64,000 nucleotides of DNA. Origin: Candidatus Moraniibacteriota bacterium (GTDB taxonomy: Bacteria; Patescibacteriota; Minisyncoccia; Moranbacterales; GWC2-37-73). Each line of letters opens with the position of its first letter. Positions within the stretch are counted from its first letter, which is position 1. The notes beneath the pieces were generated by a model, which was given only the letters and a program-made list of their open reading frames with translations, had not been told where the DNA came from and ran no database searches. The stretch covers positions 41,908 to 105,907 of the forward strand of contig DAOOTD010000002.1 in assembly GCA_035390125.1 (NCBI GenBank), given 5' to 3'. The position numbers were made by a program, and so were the translations under genes. Below, in pieces: positions 51,418-60,067 of this stretch.

Positions 51418-51522
51418 TTTAGACAATATTTTTTACCATAAATCCAGTTCTAACCGTATTAACTAGCCCGCTCAGGTATAAATTTACGGCTTTGTTAAGC
51501 CGTATTTTTGTTGTGGTATAAT
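51418..51522 (+). repeat. att-like repeat R1 (right junction of the LSR island)
   Basis: CAGTTCTA-17 nt-GCTCAG core, TACGGCTT/AAGCCGTA hairpin, T tract, TGGTATAAT. Confidence 0.88.
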
Positions 51523-51547
51523 AGAAATATAAAATTAAAATAAAAAA

Positions 51548-52171
51548 ATGCTAAACATTGATTCTGCAAATAAATTAAATCCAAAAGCTATATATTTATT
51601 TGCACTTAGATCATTTATCGCTTGGAGCTTACTAATGCTTGTTGTCGTCGGTCTTACAATATTTGTTATAAACATTTTTAATCAGAAAGAAATTATCTTA
51701 TCATCTAGCACAAAAGTTGGAGTTGGAATTCTAAATGAATACGACTATAGCAAAGCATTTCTTTTATTAATTTGGTTATTGCCAACAATAATTTTGTCTA
51801 TCCTTAGTTCGCTAATTTGGGGATTTCTAGTCTGGAAAAATTATACTTTTGAAATAACCGAAAATTCGATAAATATCAACTATGGAATTATAAAAAAAAC
51901 AAAAGATGTGATTTTTTATTTGGATATTGAAAAAATTGAATCTGAAAAACTAATAGCAGAAACATTAACAGGATTGGTAGCTCTAACTTTCTATTGTTCT
52001 GAAAATAAAACAAGCTCATTTCATAAAATAGTAAGAAATAGAATTATGCAAGCAACTTATTCAAGTGATTTTGTTGATGGCAGATCAATTCCAGGACTTT
52101 CGCCTGAAGAAGCATTAAAATTGAAAGAGACAATCTTGTCGTTCATAGGAAACAAGATAAATAAGAATTAA
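51548..52171 (+). CDS. Membrane protein with bacterial PH (bPH_2/YdbS-like) domain; cassette 1
   Basis: Two TM helices, WKNYTFEIT...YGII...IPGLSPEEA. Confidence 0.7.
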   Translation: MLNIDSANKLNPKAIYLFALRSFIAWSLLMLVVVGLTIFVINIFNQKEIILSSSTKVGVGILNEYDYSKAFLLLIWLLPTIILSILSSLIWGFLVWKNYTFEITENSININYGIIKKTKDVIFYLDIEKIESEKLIAETLTGLVALTFYCSENKTSSFHKIVRNRIMQATYSSDFVDGRSIPGLSPEEALKLKETILSFIGNKINKN

Positions 52172-52186
52172 CAATGCATTTAAAAT

Positions 52187-52291
52187 TTTAAATAAGGAAT
52201 TCTCCCCTAAACTCATTTCGAACATCATCTGCTAATGGGCTCACCTATGAATTTACGGCTTTTTTAAGCCGTATTTTTGTTGTGGTATAAT
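52187..52291 (+). repeat. att-like repeat R2
   Basis: CATTTCGA-17 nt-GCTCAC, hairpin, TGGTATAAT. Confidence 0.88.
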
Positions 52292-52297
52292 GAAAAC

Positions 52298-53182
52298 ATG
52301 AATTCTATGAATCCAGAATGGCAAAAGCAAAAGATAGAAAAACAAGAAGCCAAAATTAACATTGGAGATGTTTATTTTAGTGAAGGCTTAAAATCTGTTT
52401 TTGAGAAAGAGGAGTTTGAGAATGAAATACTAAAAATAAATAAGGAAATCGAAAAATACTTGGGAGAGAATAAAAATTCAGCCGTTTACGATTTTAGGAT
52501 ATATGACAACAGAAAAGAATATGAAGAATATTTCAGAACCAATTATCCAGAAAAATCTGATTATATGGAAAATGACATGGTTTTTTATTCTCCAGATGAA
52601 AAACATAATAAAAATGTTATAGCTAAGTTTATGGAGCAAGCGACCTTAGATCCAAATGATTTAAAGATTCGAAAATATCTCGAAAAAGAAAAAATCAAAT
52701 TCGATGAGTTAGAGGCTTTGTCTAAGCAGAATTATAAAAATAATATTTATCCAACAATAGCACATGAATTAACTCATTCTCACCCATTTTTTAAAGGAAT
52801 GGATAATAAATCATCTAGAAGTAAATGGGAACAAGAAATGGTGTGTGTGTTTATTGACCAAAAAATGTGGGAGGAATATGTTCCATCCTATGGCAAAATG
52901 ATAAGAACAAAAGCAAAAGATCAATCTTTAGGTAGAGATTTGTTTGATGAAATCATTAAAGATTTTGAAGAAGGTGATTTTCAGGTTGAAGACTGGGAAA
53001 GGCTTTTTTACAACTTTTTGGAAAACAGACATGGCAAAGAAAAATTAAAAGATTTTTGGAATATTTTGGCCGAACTAAAAGACAAAGCTAATTTTGAACG
53101 ATGCTATGAAAAAATTTTTAGAGAAAATTTGAAAGATGCTATGATTATATTTCAAGAAAGAATAACAACAGATAAAATTTAA
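52298..53182 (+). CDS. Putative HExxH metallopeptidase; cassette 2
   Basis: IAHELTH...WEQE. Confidence 0.6.
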   Translation: MNSMNPEWQKQKIEKQEAKINIGDVYFSEGLKSVFEKEEFENEILKINKEIEKYLGENKNSAVYDFRIYDNRKEYEEYFRTNYPEKSDYMENDMVFYSPDEKHNKNVIAKFMEQATLDPNDLKIRKYLEKEKIKFDELEALSKQNYKNNIYPTIAHELTHSHPFFKGMDNKSSRSKWEQEMVCVFIDQKMWEEYVPSYGKMIRTKAKDQSLGRDLFDEIIKDFEEGDFQVEDWERLFYNFLENRHGKEKLKDFWNILAELKDKANFERCYEKIFRENLKDAMIIFQERITTDKI

Positions 53183-53270
53183 ATAAAGCTCTTATTCACA
53201 AACCCAGTTCGAACGTCATCTACTAAGGGGCTCAGTTTTCTAAATTATGGCTTGCTAAAGCCATTTTTTG
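53178..53270 (+). repeat. att-like repeat R3
   Basis: CAGTTCGA-17 nt-GCTCAG, ATGGCTT/AAGCCAT hairpin; followed by TTGACA..TATACT. Confidence 0.85.
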
Positions 53271-53388
53271 GTATTAGACATTGACATAATTATTAAAAAT
53301 ATACTATCATCAAATATTAGTTTTAGTTCGTTAATATAGATTAATAAATAATTTTACAAAAACAAAAAATATCGAAAGGAGAGAGGAA

Positions 53389-53961
53389 ATGAAATTTAAA
53401 ATACTCTGTATTCACGATACCAAAGGTATCAATTCTAATGAAACAGTAGCAGACTACCACCCGTTAACACTAGTGGATGTCTCAATGCTGATTCACGTGG
53501 CGTATGCCTTTAGAAAAAATGACCAAAAAGTTGCTGACATTCAAGCGCGACTCATTCAGGGGGTTATAGGTATGACCTGTCCATTTCCTGAAAAAGGTGA
53601 AATTAACGAAAGGGCAATAATAATTAAACGATTGTTTATGGAGGCAATGAGAAATAATAAACCCCCAGTTTATTCACAGTTAGCTCTACAACTTTTCGAA
53701 AACATGATGTTTGAAACAGACGCTGATATATTTACGCCAAAGTCTTCAGAAGATGACATGCTTACAAAAAGCATTGAGGAACTCGAATTACCTATTCGTG
53801 CATACAGATTTCTCAAAAGCATCAACATTAATACAATTGGAGAGTTAGTTCAAAAGACAGAAACAGAAATACTTAAGGAAAGAAATGCAGGCCAAAAGAT
53901 ACTTAGCCAAATAAAAGATGCTCTCATTGAGCATGATCTGTATTTCGCCGTAAGAACATAA
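53389..53961 (+). CDS. Protein with C-terminal RNA polymerase alpha-CTD-like domain; cassette 3
   Basis: SIEELELPIRAYRFLKSININTIGELVQKTETEIL..N.G.K.L..IK..L; strong SD. Confidence 0.75.
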   Translation: MKFKILCIHDTKGINSNETVADYHPLTLVDVSMLIHVAYAFRKNDQKVADIQARLIQGVIGMTCPFPEKGEINERAIIIKRLFMEAMRNNKPPVYSQLALQLFENMMFETDADIFTPKSSEDDMLTKSIEELELPIRAYRFLKSININTIGELVQKTETEILKERNAGQKILSQIKDALIEHDLYFAVRT

Positions 53962-54023
53962 AAAAATCCAATTTGATATTAAAAAAAGCCGAAAACCTGG
54001 ATTCAAGTCGTAGGCTTTTTTAT

Positions 54024-54073
54024 TTTAAATAAAACATTTTTTCATAAACCCAGTTCAAACGTCATATACTTAA
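54024..54073 (+). repeat. att-like repeat R4 (left half only)
   Basis: TTTAAATAA...AAACCCAGTTCAAACGTCATATACT; core absent. Confidence 0.7.
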
Positions 54074-54217
54074 GTAATTATTTAATAACACTTTAAATTG
54101 ACATTTAGGCTGTGATCTTGACAAATTAGCGCAGAAAGAGGACAATAGAAAACTAATTAGAGGAAAGTTTTTAGTAATTTTAAAACAAGTTCGAAATTCG
54201 AACAGAGAGGTGCAATA

Positions 54218-54613
54218 ATGAAAGAAAAGGTGAAAAATGCATGGTTTTTTGGAAAAGACAGCCCGGAAAAGAACGTTTTGCTTTTGTATTGTATCCTGCT
54301 GCAATTCCATACAAGCGGGTACAAAGACAGAGAGGCTCCCCTGAGAATTCTTAGCAAAAAGGAGCGGAACTTTGTTAATGAGAAAAAAAAGGAGGTCAGA
54401 GAAGATGGTGAAGGAAGAATACCATTCAGATTTTTTCAACTGATAGTGAAAAAAGGAGATGCATTATTGCAAGATGAATGTGTAATGATCCACTTTTGTC
54501 GCTACAAAAACAACTCTTCAATGATTGAGGAACTGAAAAAAGTGGGGAGCAAAAACAACTTCCTGCTGATTAAAAAGAAAAAAAACCTGTTCATATTGAA
54601 ATTCGAAGAATAA
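54218..54613 (+). CDS. Hypothetical protein
   Basis: GAGG SD, 131 aa, followed by a hairpin. Confidence 0.55.
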   Translation: MKEKVKNAWFFGKDSPEKNVLLLYCILLQFHTSGYKDREAPLRILSKKERNFVNEKKKEVREDGEGRIPFRFFQLIVKKGDALLQDECVMIHFCRYKNNSSMIEELKKVGSKNNFLLIKKKKNLFILKFEE

Positions 54614-54726
54614 AGGTTGAAAAAGTAGAGCCTCATGAGATAAACACTTTCTCATGAGGCTCTTGTTCTTTGTGTTTTACAATGGTAACATTAGGTAGTA
54701 TTGTAAAAATTAATGACTTAAATCTT

Positions 54727-55812
54727 ATGCCAAGACAAGAAAAATTCGAAACATTTGTGGGCAAAACCTACAAGGAAGGTAGTTTGGAAAAAAGAAAAGA
54801 AATAAGAACTGACTATGAAAATATAGAAGATCAAATAAATTCTTATTATGAAAAGAAAATCACCGCAAAAAATTTAGTTGATAACTTGGGGCTAGTTATT
54901 CTTGGTTCACAAGGTGAGCATGCCAGCACTCAAATTTATGCCTATGAAAATTTGATAAAAACAATTGCTGAAACAGAAAAAGAAGAAGACATAGACATAA
55001 TAGCTGAAGAAATTTTTTATAGCGCAGCAACTGAAAATAATCCAATGAAAAAAGCTTATTTGTTGGGGATATTAAATAATTTTTCTAATCTGGAAAGACT
55101 GGAAGAATTGTTTGGTAAAAAAGATGAAACAAACAATTCAGCAGATGTAAAAATTACAGAAGAAATAAATATAATTCAAAAAATCAGAAAAGCTGCACTA
55201 AGAATAAAAAAAGAAGGGAAAGTTTCCGAACAAGAGGAAGAAGTGTTAAATTATGTCCTAGATAATTTTCCAAGAGATAATAACGAGTGCGAATCCGCTC
55301 GGTTGGTGTCAGCTTATTATAGCAAGGAAAATTATGCGACAAGAATGCCTGCGCTAGGAAAACAAAAATTGCTCGAAGATGAAGTGTGGAAATGTTTAGA
55401 AGGAAACGGAATTCCTCGCTATGTGTATGCTCTTCCGGCGGGATGGCATCCTTCTGGCGAAAAATTAGATGAGGCTGATAGGTTTGGTATTAATTTGACT
55501 CAACAAGCGGCTATTTTCGAAGGAAAAGAAAAAATATTTATTGAATACGACATGAATCCACGATTATCGCGGCTTTATAATAGAAGAATAAAATATTATA
55601 GAGATCAAAAAAATCTCAAGAAAGTTGAAGAACTAGAAAATGCTTTAAAATTGAGGGTGTGGAGAGAAATTGAAAAAGATCCTGAAGCTATGGAAACATT
55701 CCAAAATATTGATAATATAGTTATTATCAAAAAAACAATTCGAGATTACGCAGACGATGTTGATATTAATAATTTAATGGAAAAAGACTTCCGTGATGAT
55801 GCAGTTCGATAA
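54727..55812 (+). CDS. Hypothetical protein
   Basis: Long ORF; likely start MPRQEK. Confidence 0.65.
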   Translation: MPRQEKFETFVGKTYKEGSLEKRKEIRTDYENIEDQINSYYEKKITAKNLVDNLGLVILGSQGEHASTQIYAYENLIKTIAETEKEEDIDIIAEEIFYSAATENNPMKKAYLLGILNNFSNLERLEELFGKKDETNNSADVKITEEINIIQKIRKAALRIKKEGKVSEQEEEVLNYVLDNFPRDNNECESARLVSAYYSKENYATRMPALGKQKLLEDEVWKCLEGNGIPRYVYALPAGWHPSGEKLDEADRFGINLTQQAAIFEGKEKIFIEYDMNPRLSRLYNRRIKYYRDQKNLKKVEELENALKLRVWREIEKDPEAMETFQNIDNIVIIKKTIRDYADDVDINNLMEKDFRDDAVR

Positions 55813-55920
55813 TTAGCTTAATGTTTTAAATCTAAATTCTATTTTTAAATAAAAAACTTCCATTTTGGGAGTTTTTTATTAATATTTATTTATATTTAGA
55901 GCTTCTGAATAAAAGCAGAT

Positions 55921-55969
55921 AGGGCACATTTACTGCTTTGTTAAGCCGTATTTTTTGTTGTGGTATAAT
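55921..55969 (+). repeat. att-like repeat R5 (right half, degenerate core)
   Basis: GGGCACA..TTACTGCTTTGTTAAGCCGTATTTTTTGTTGTGGTATAAT. Confidence 0.75.
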
Positions 55970-55993
55970 GAAAAATGTAAATTGATAAATAAT

Positions 55994-56512
55994 ATGGAAA
56001 TCAAAAATAAGCTTCTATTTAAAACTGAAGTAAAAAAGAAAATAGATAGATTTATCAAAGAATTCCCTATATATTTTTTTATAAACATCGTTATTAACAT
56101 TTCTCTCATAGTAATGATATTGGGAAGTGCCTTTTTTGTAGCTTTTAGCCTTGAAATGCTCGGCACCGGAATACATGCATATATAATCTTATTTATTGCT
56201 TTTTTATCTCTCGTTTTCAGAATAACCATAAAAGGCTTTTTTCGAAATATTAAAATTCTGAAAAGCATTCAAGCGGGCGACTATGAATTTGGAATTGAAA
56301 ATCATGAGCTGGATAATGCGATAGAATTTATTGAAGACATGCCGATAAAAAAAGACGAAGTTGAAAAAATGAGAGTAGCTCTTTCTTTTAATAAATTGAT
56401 TGATGTACTTGAGTACGCGCGTATTATAAAATGTAGCAAAGGCTTATATGATGTTGATTTGGTTTTTAAATATAGAGTAGAAAAAGTTATAGAAGATTGT
56501 ATTAAAATGTAA
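55994..56512 (+). CDS. Hypothetical two-TM protein
   Basis: Starts just downstream of the R5 promoter. Confidence 0.6.
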   Translation: MEIKNKLLFKTEVKKKIDRFIKEFPIYFFINIVINISLIVMILGSAFFVAFSLEMLGTGIHAYIILFIAFLSLVFRITIKGFFRNIKILKSIQAGDYEFGIENHELDNAIEFIEDMPIKKDEVEKMRVALSFNKLIDVLEYARIIKCSKGLYDVDLVFKYRVEKVIEDCIKM

Positions 56513-56534
56513 ATTTGTAAACTAATAGAAAAAC

Positions 56535-56855
56535 ATGATTCCAATAGAATTTCTCAGGCAGTTTCGCGTTGGTGAATATGCAATCTTCGATCTAGCAGTA
56601 TCTTTTCTAGGAATTTATTTATTATCCTCTTTGCTGTCAAAAATGTTTCTTAAAATAAGAATCAATGTTCCTAAACATAACTGGTTGTTTCTAACTTTGC
56701 CAATTGGCATTGTTGCTCATCTGATTTTCGGACATATGACACCCATGACTAAAAATTTCCTGGATATTCATGGTCATTATGTTCTAAAAAGCTTAATTGT
56801 AGGTCTGTTGATTCTTGGTTTGAGGAATATAAAAATAATTAAGAAAAATAAATAA
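56535..56855 (+). CDS. Small membrane protein
   Basis: Three hydrophobic segments. Confidence 0.6.
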   Translation: MIPIEFLRQFRVGEYAIFDLAVSFLGIYLLSSLLSKMFLKIRINVPKHNWLFLTLPIGIVAHLIFGHMTPMTKNFLDIHGHYVLKSLIVGLLILGLRNIKIIKKNK

Positions 56856-56878
56856 TCTTTTTCCGATAGAATATTTTC

Positions 56879-57649
56879 ATGGAAAAAATAATTATCAAAA
56901 ACAGGAAAGATCAAAACGTTGTAGTTTTGTTAGAAAGAGCTGCAAATCAAAAAGGATTGGCATTTGTTATGCATGGACTAGGGGGTTTTAAGGAGCAAGA
57001 ACATATTGAAACATTTGCCGATGCTTTCAAGAAAAAGAACTATACCGTAATTAGATTTGATACAACAAATACAATAGGTGAAAGCGATGGAAACATGGTT
57101 GACGCAACACTTACTAATTATTATGAAGACTTAGAAGATGTGATTGATTGGGCGAGTAAACAAAATCTTTATCAACAACCATTTGTTTTGTGTGGTCATA
57201 GTCTTGGTGCAATATCCTCGGCTTTATATGCTGAAAAATATCCAGAAAAAATAAAAGCTCTCGCTCCTATTTCCACGGTGATTTCCGGAAAGCTAACAGA
57301 AGAAACGCCAAATTTCATGGAAATTGGAAAAGAATGGGAAGAAAAAGGCATAAGAGAATGGGAAAGCAAAAGTCAGCCAGGTTTAGTTAAAAAATTAAAA
57401 TGGTCGCATGTTGAAGACAGAAGGAAATACGATTTGCTTCCAGCGGTTAAAAAATTAAAAATGCCTGTACTTTTAATTGTTGGTGATTTAGACGATACCA
57501 CTCCACTTAATCAACAAGAATTGCTATATAATAGTTTACCCGGGAAGAGAGAGCTCCATATTATAAGGGGCGCAGAACATACTTTTAGAGAAAAAGAGCA
57601 TCTCGATGAAATATATAAAATATTTTTGAGGTGGATTGAAAGTCTATAG
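56879..57649 (+). CDS. Alpha/beta hydrolase
   Basis: HGLGG, GHSLG, GDLDD, GAEHTF. Confidence 0.9.
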   Translation: MEKIIIKNRKDQNVVVLLERAANQKGLAFVMHGLGGFKEQEHIETFADAFKKKNYTVIRFDTTNTIGESDGNMVDATLTNYYEDLEDVIDWASKQNLYQQPFVLCGHSLGAISSALYAEKYPEKIKALAPISTVISGKLTEETPNFMEIGKEWEEKGIREWESKSQPGLVKKLKWSHVEDRRKYDLLPAVKKLKMPVLLIVGDLDDTTPLNQQELLYNSLPGKRELHIIRGAEHTFREKEHLDEIYKIFLRWIESL

Positions 57650-57754
57650 TCTAAATGAAGCATTTTCTCTAAACCCAGTTCAAACGTCAGATAATAATGG
57701 GCTCAGGTATGAATCTACAGCTTTGTTAAGCTGTATTTTTTGTTGTGATATAAT
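57650..57754 (+). repeat. att-like repeat R6
   Basis: CAGTTCAA-17 nt-GCTCAG, TACAGCTT/AAGCTGTA hairpin (compensatory change), TGATATAAT. Confidence 0.88.
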
Positions 57755-57760
57755 TTAATT

Positions 57761-58249
57761 ATGAAGAAAAAAACGAAAGAAGCTTTTGATTGGATAATTA
57801 AAATATTCAGAGATAATAATATACCCTTTCAATTATCCGGAGGCCTTGCTGCTAAAATTTATGGTTCGCCAAAAGATTTGTGGGATATTGATTTTGATAT
57901 TCCAGATAGCTGTTTTTCCAAGGTGAGAAATTTAGTTTCCAAATATGTTATATTTGGTCCTAAAAAAACAACCGCCGAAGGTTTTGATTGTATGCTTTTA
58001 AGGCTGAATTATCATGGGCAGCAAATTGATGTGAGCGGAAATTGTATAAAAATTTTTGATAAGGTTAAAAAGAAATGGGTCAAAGATAATACTGACTTTG
58101 AAAGATCAGCCAAAAAAAGAGTGTTCGATAGAATTGTTCCGGTGATATGTCCGGAAGATCTGCTAAAGTATAAAAGCAAACTCTCAAGAAAGGCGGATTC
58201 AATAGACATAAAGGCTTTAAAAAAATATCTATTACAAAAAAATAAATAA
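57761..58249 (+). CDS. Nucleotidyltransferase-fold protein
   Basis: SGGLAAKIYG..DIDFD; LLKYK..L.R..D..DI. Confidence 0.7.
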   Translation: MKKKTKEAFDWIIKIFRDNNIPFQLSGGLAAKIYGSPKDLWDIDFDIPDSCFSKVRNLVSKYVIFGPKKTTAEGFDCMLLRLNYHGQQIDVSGNCIKIFDKVKKKWVKDNTDFERSAKKRVFDRIVPVICPEDLLKYKSKLSRKADSIDIKALKKYLLQKNK

Positions 58250-58355
58250 AGTATTTCTATCTTAAAAGGATAGTGTCATCAACTCTTGTTTTATAAATTA
58301 TGCAATTTTTGTTATAATAAAGGCGTAAGAATAAAGGCAATAATCAAATAAGCAT

Positions 58356-58643
58356 ATGAATAAACCAAAAGTAAATTATGTTATAGATTTTTTAGCTTTT
58401 ATTTCTTTTATCATCACCGCCCTCTCGGGTTTAGTGATAAAGTTTTTTATGCCTAGTGGAGTGAGGCAGGGCAGATTCCAGGAATTTCTTGGTGTCCAAA
58501 AAGGAGCTTGGTCAGAAGTCCACGATTTTTTTGGAATACTGATGATCATTCTTGTTTTGGTTCATTTTATCCTGCACTGGGACTGGATTGTTTGTATGAC
58601 GAAAAATATATTAAAATCAAATAATTGTGAAGTTAAAAAATAA
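58356..58643 (+). CDS. DUF4405-like membrane protein
   Basis: SG..WSEVH..G...VHFILHWDWI. Confidence 0.75.
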   Translation: MNKPKVNYVIDFLAFISFIITALSGLVIKFFMPSGVRQGRFQEFLGVQKGAWSEVHDFFGILMIILVLVHFILHWDWIVCMTKNILKSNNCEVKK

Positions 58644-58660
58644 TAATTAATAACAAATCA

Positions 58661-59326
58661 ATGAAAAAGACACTACTCATTGCTTTCCTTCTGATGTTTG
58701 GTTTGGTCATCCAAGCTCAGGCGGCAAGTACTAATGCCAATCAGGGGAATAAAACGGGGCAGGAAAATTCCCAGGGGAATCAAAACGGTAATACTGTCCA
58801 AGTTCAAGAAAAAAATCAGGTTCAAAATCAAGGGGAAGAAACTCAAGTTCAGACGCAAGAACAGAATACAGTCCAGACAAAGGATAAAAATGAAAACAAA
58901 AAACAAGACAATGCCGAGGTGCACAGAAGCGCAGTAGCTAACTTTGTGCAAAATTTATTATCTGTAGCTGATCGGGAAGGCGGAATTGGTCAGGAAGTGA
59001 GAGTGATTGCTCAGCAGCAAAATGATATGAAAGACAGAGCAGCGGATCTGATATATGCCGTGGAAAACAGAAACAAAGTGAAAACATTTTTTATCGGTAC
59101 CAGCTATAGAAATGTCGGGGAACTAAGGAGCCAAATGGTGCAAACAAGGAATCAAGTTGAGCAATTGAAAAGATTGATAGAAAAAACCACCAACGAACAA
59201 GACAAGACGGAGTTGCAAAACCAGATTCAAACAATGGAGCAGGAACAAGCAAGGATTAATGATTTTATAACTCAAAATGAAAGCAAATTCAGCTTGTTTG
59301 GATGGGCGGTAAAAATGTTTAGATAG
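58661..59326 (+). CDS. Secreted Gln/Asn-rich coiled-coil protein
   Basis: Signal peptide AQA; FSLFGW C-terminus. Confidence 0.7.
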   Translation: MKKTLLIAFLLMFGLVIQAQAASTNANQGNKTGQENSQGNQNGNTVQVQEKNQVQNQGEETQVQTQEQNTVQTKDKNENKKQDNAEVHRSAVANFVQNLLSVADREGGIGQEVRVIAQQQNDMKDRAADLIYAVENRNKVKTFFIGTSYRNVGELRSQMVQTRNQVEQLKRLIEKTTNEQDKTELQNQIQTMEQEQARINDFITQNESKFSLFGWAVKMFR

Positions 59327-59344
59327 GTTTGCTTTTAATAAATA

Positions 59345-59368
59345 AAAAACACCCGAAAGGTGTTTTTT
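59345..59368 (+). terminator. Intrinsic terminator
   Basis: AAAAAACACC-CGAAA-GGTGTTTTTT. Confidence 0.75.
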
Positions 59369-59509
59369 ATTATGTCTCAAAAATCCAATTCTATAATTAA
59401 TCTGCTTATGTATAAAAATAGAAGAGAAAATTTTTCATTGACAGTTTAATATTTTAGACTAAACTCAAAGCAGTTATTTGTATCTATTTTTTAAAACAGG
59501 AGGTTGAAA

Positions 59510-59671
59510 ATGGCAACTAGAGAAATAGCAAAAAATGAAGACAGGGAAATAATCAAAAAAATAAATCGTCTTCAAGCAGATCATGAAAAGGAGGAGGAAG
59601 AGCTTTGTTTTTGTGATATATGTGCCTTTTCCAGAGCTCTAAAGGGCGGTCTTGAAAAAAGAGCAAAATAA
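59510..59671 (+). CDS. 53-aa small protein with H-x7-CxCxxC (not in ORF track)
   Basis: TTGACA promoter, AGGAGG SD, downstream hairpin. Confidence 0.6.
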   Translation: MATREIAKNEDREIIKKINRLQADHEKEEEELCFCDICAFSRALKGGLEKRAK

Positions 59672-60067
59672 AAATCAAAGTTCTGCACAGGGGCTATTTG
59701 TATGTTTACAATAGCCCCTCATTTTTAATTAAATTTATACAAAGAGAATATTTTTTAGAAATACTTTATTTAAGCCACGAAAAGTGTATTTTTTATTAAT
59801 TCTCAAAATAAAATGGCTTATTTAAGCAAAAAATATCTTTTAAGTGTTGACCATATAATTATAATGTGCTAATATTAGTTGTTGACAATAATAAACAATA
59901 AAGATCCCTAGATTAAGGGATTTTTGGTTTAAATAAGTGTTGACTCGCTTATTGCAGAAGCATAACTGAACTAAAACCTACACTTCTACGTGAAGATTTT
60001 TGTTTAGCGAATTAGTTATAGCGGAGTAAATGCAAATCAATAGCGAATAACAATTAAGATATATTGC

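Larger units (their letters stand above)
41295..51475. mobile_element. LSR integrative element inserted at tRNA-Gly (~10.2 kb)
   Basis: CCCGCTCAG direct repeat at 41295-41303 and 51467-51475; integrase at the left end; RM cargo. Confidence 0.85.
51476..57706 (+). mobile_element. Tandem array of att-flanked gene cassettes
   Basis: Repeats R1-R6 separate single genes or small gene groups, all on the + strand. Confidence 0.75.

Noticed and set aside
41292-51475. Prophage
   Set aside because: No terminase, capsid, tail or lysis genes recognisable
51955-56000. ORF-track starts MLWYNE at 52277 and 55955
   Set aside because: They translate the repeat's TTGTGGTATAATG promoter; downstream ATGs are more plausible
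51418-57754. Repeats as a CRISPR array or classical integron attC sites
   Set aside because: Spacers are 0.7-1.8 kb genes; no cas or tyrosine IntI gene; no RYYYAAC/GTTRRRY attC ends; the repeats match the tRNA core and the LSR tail instead
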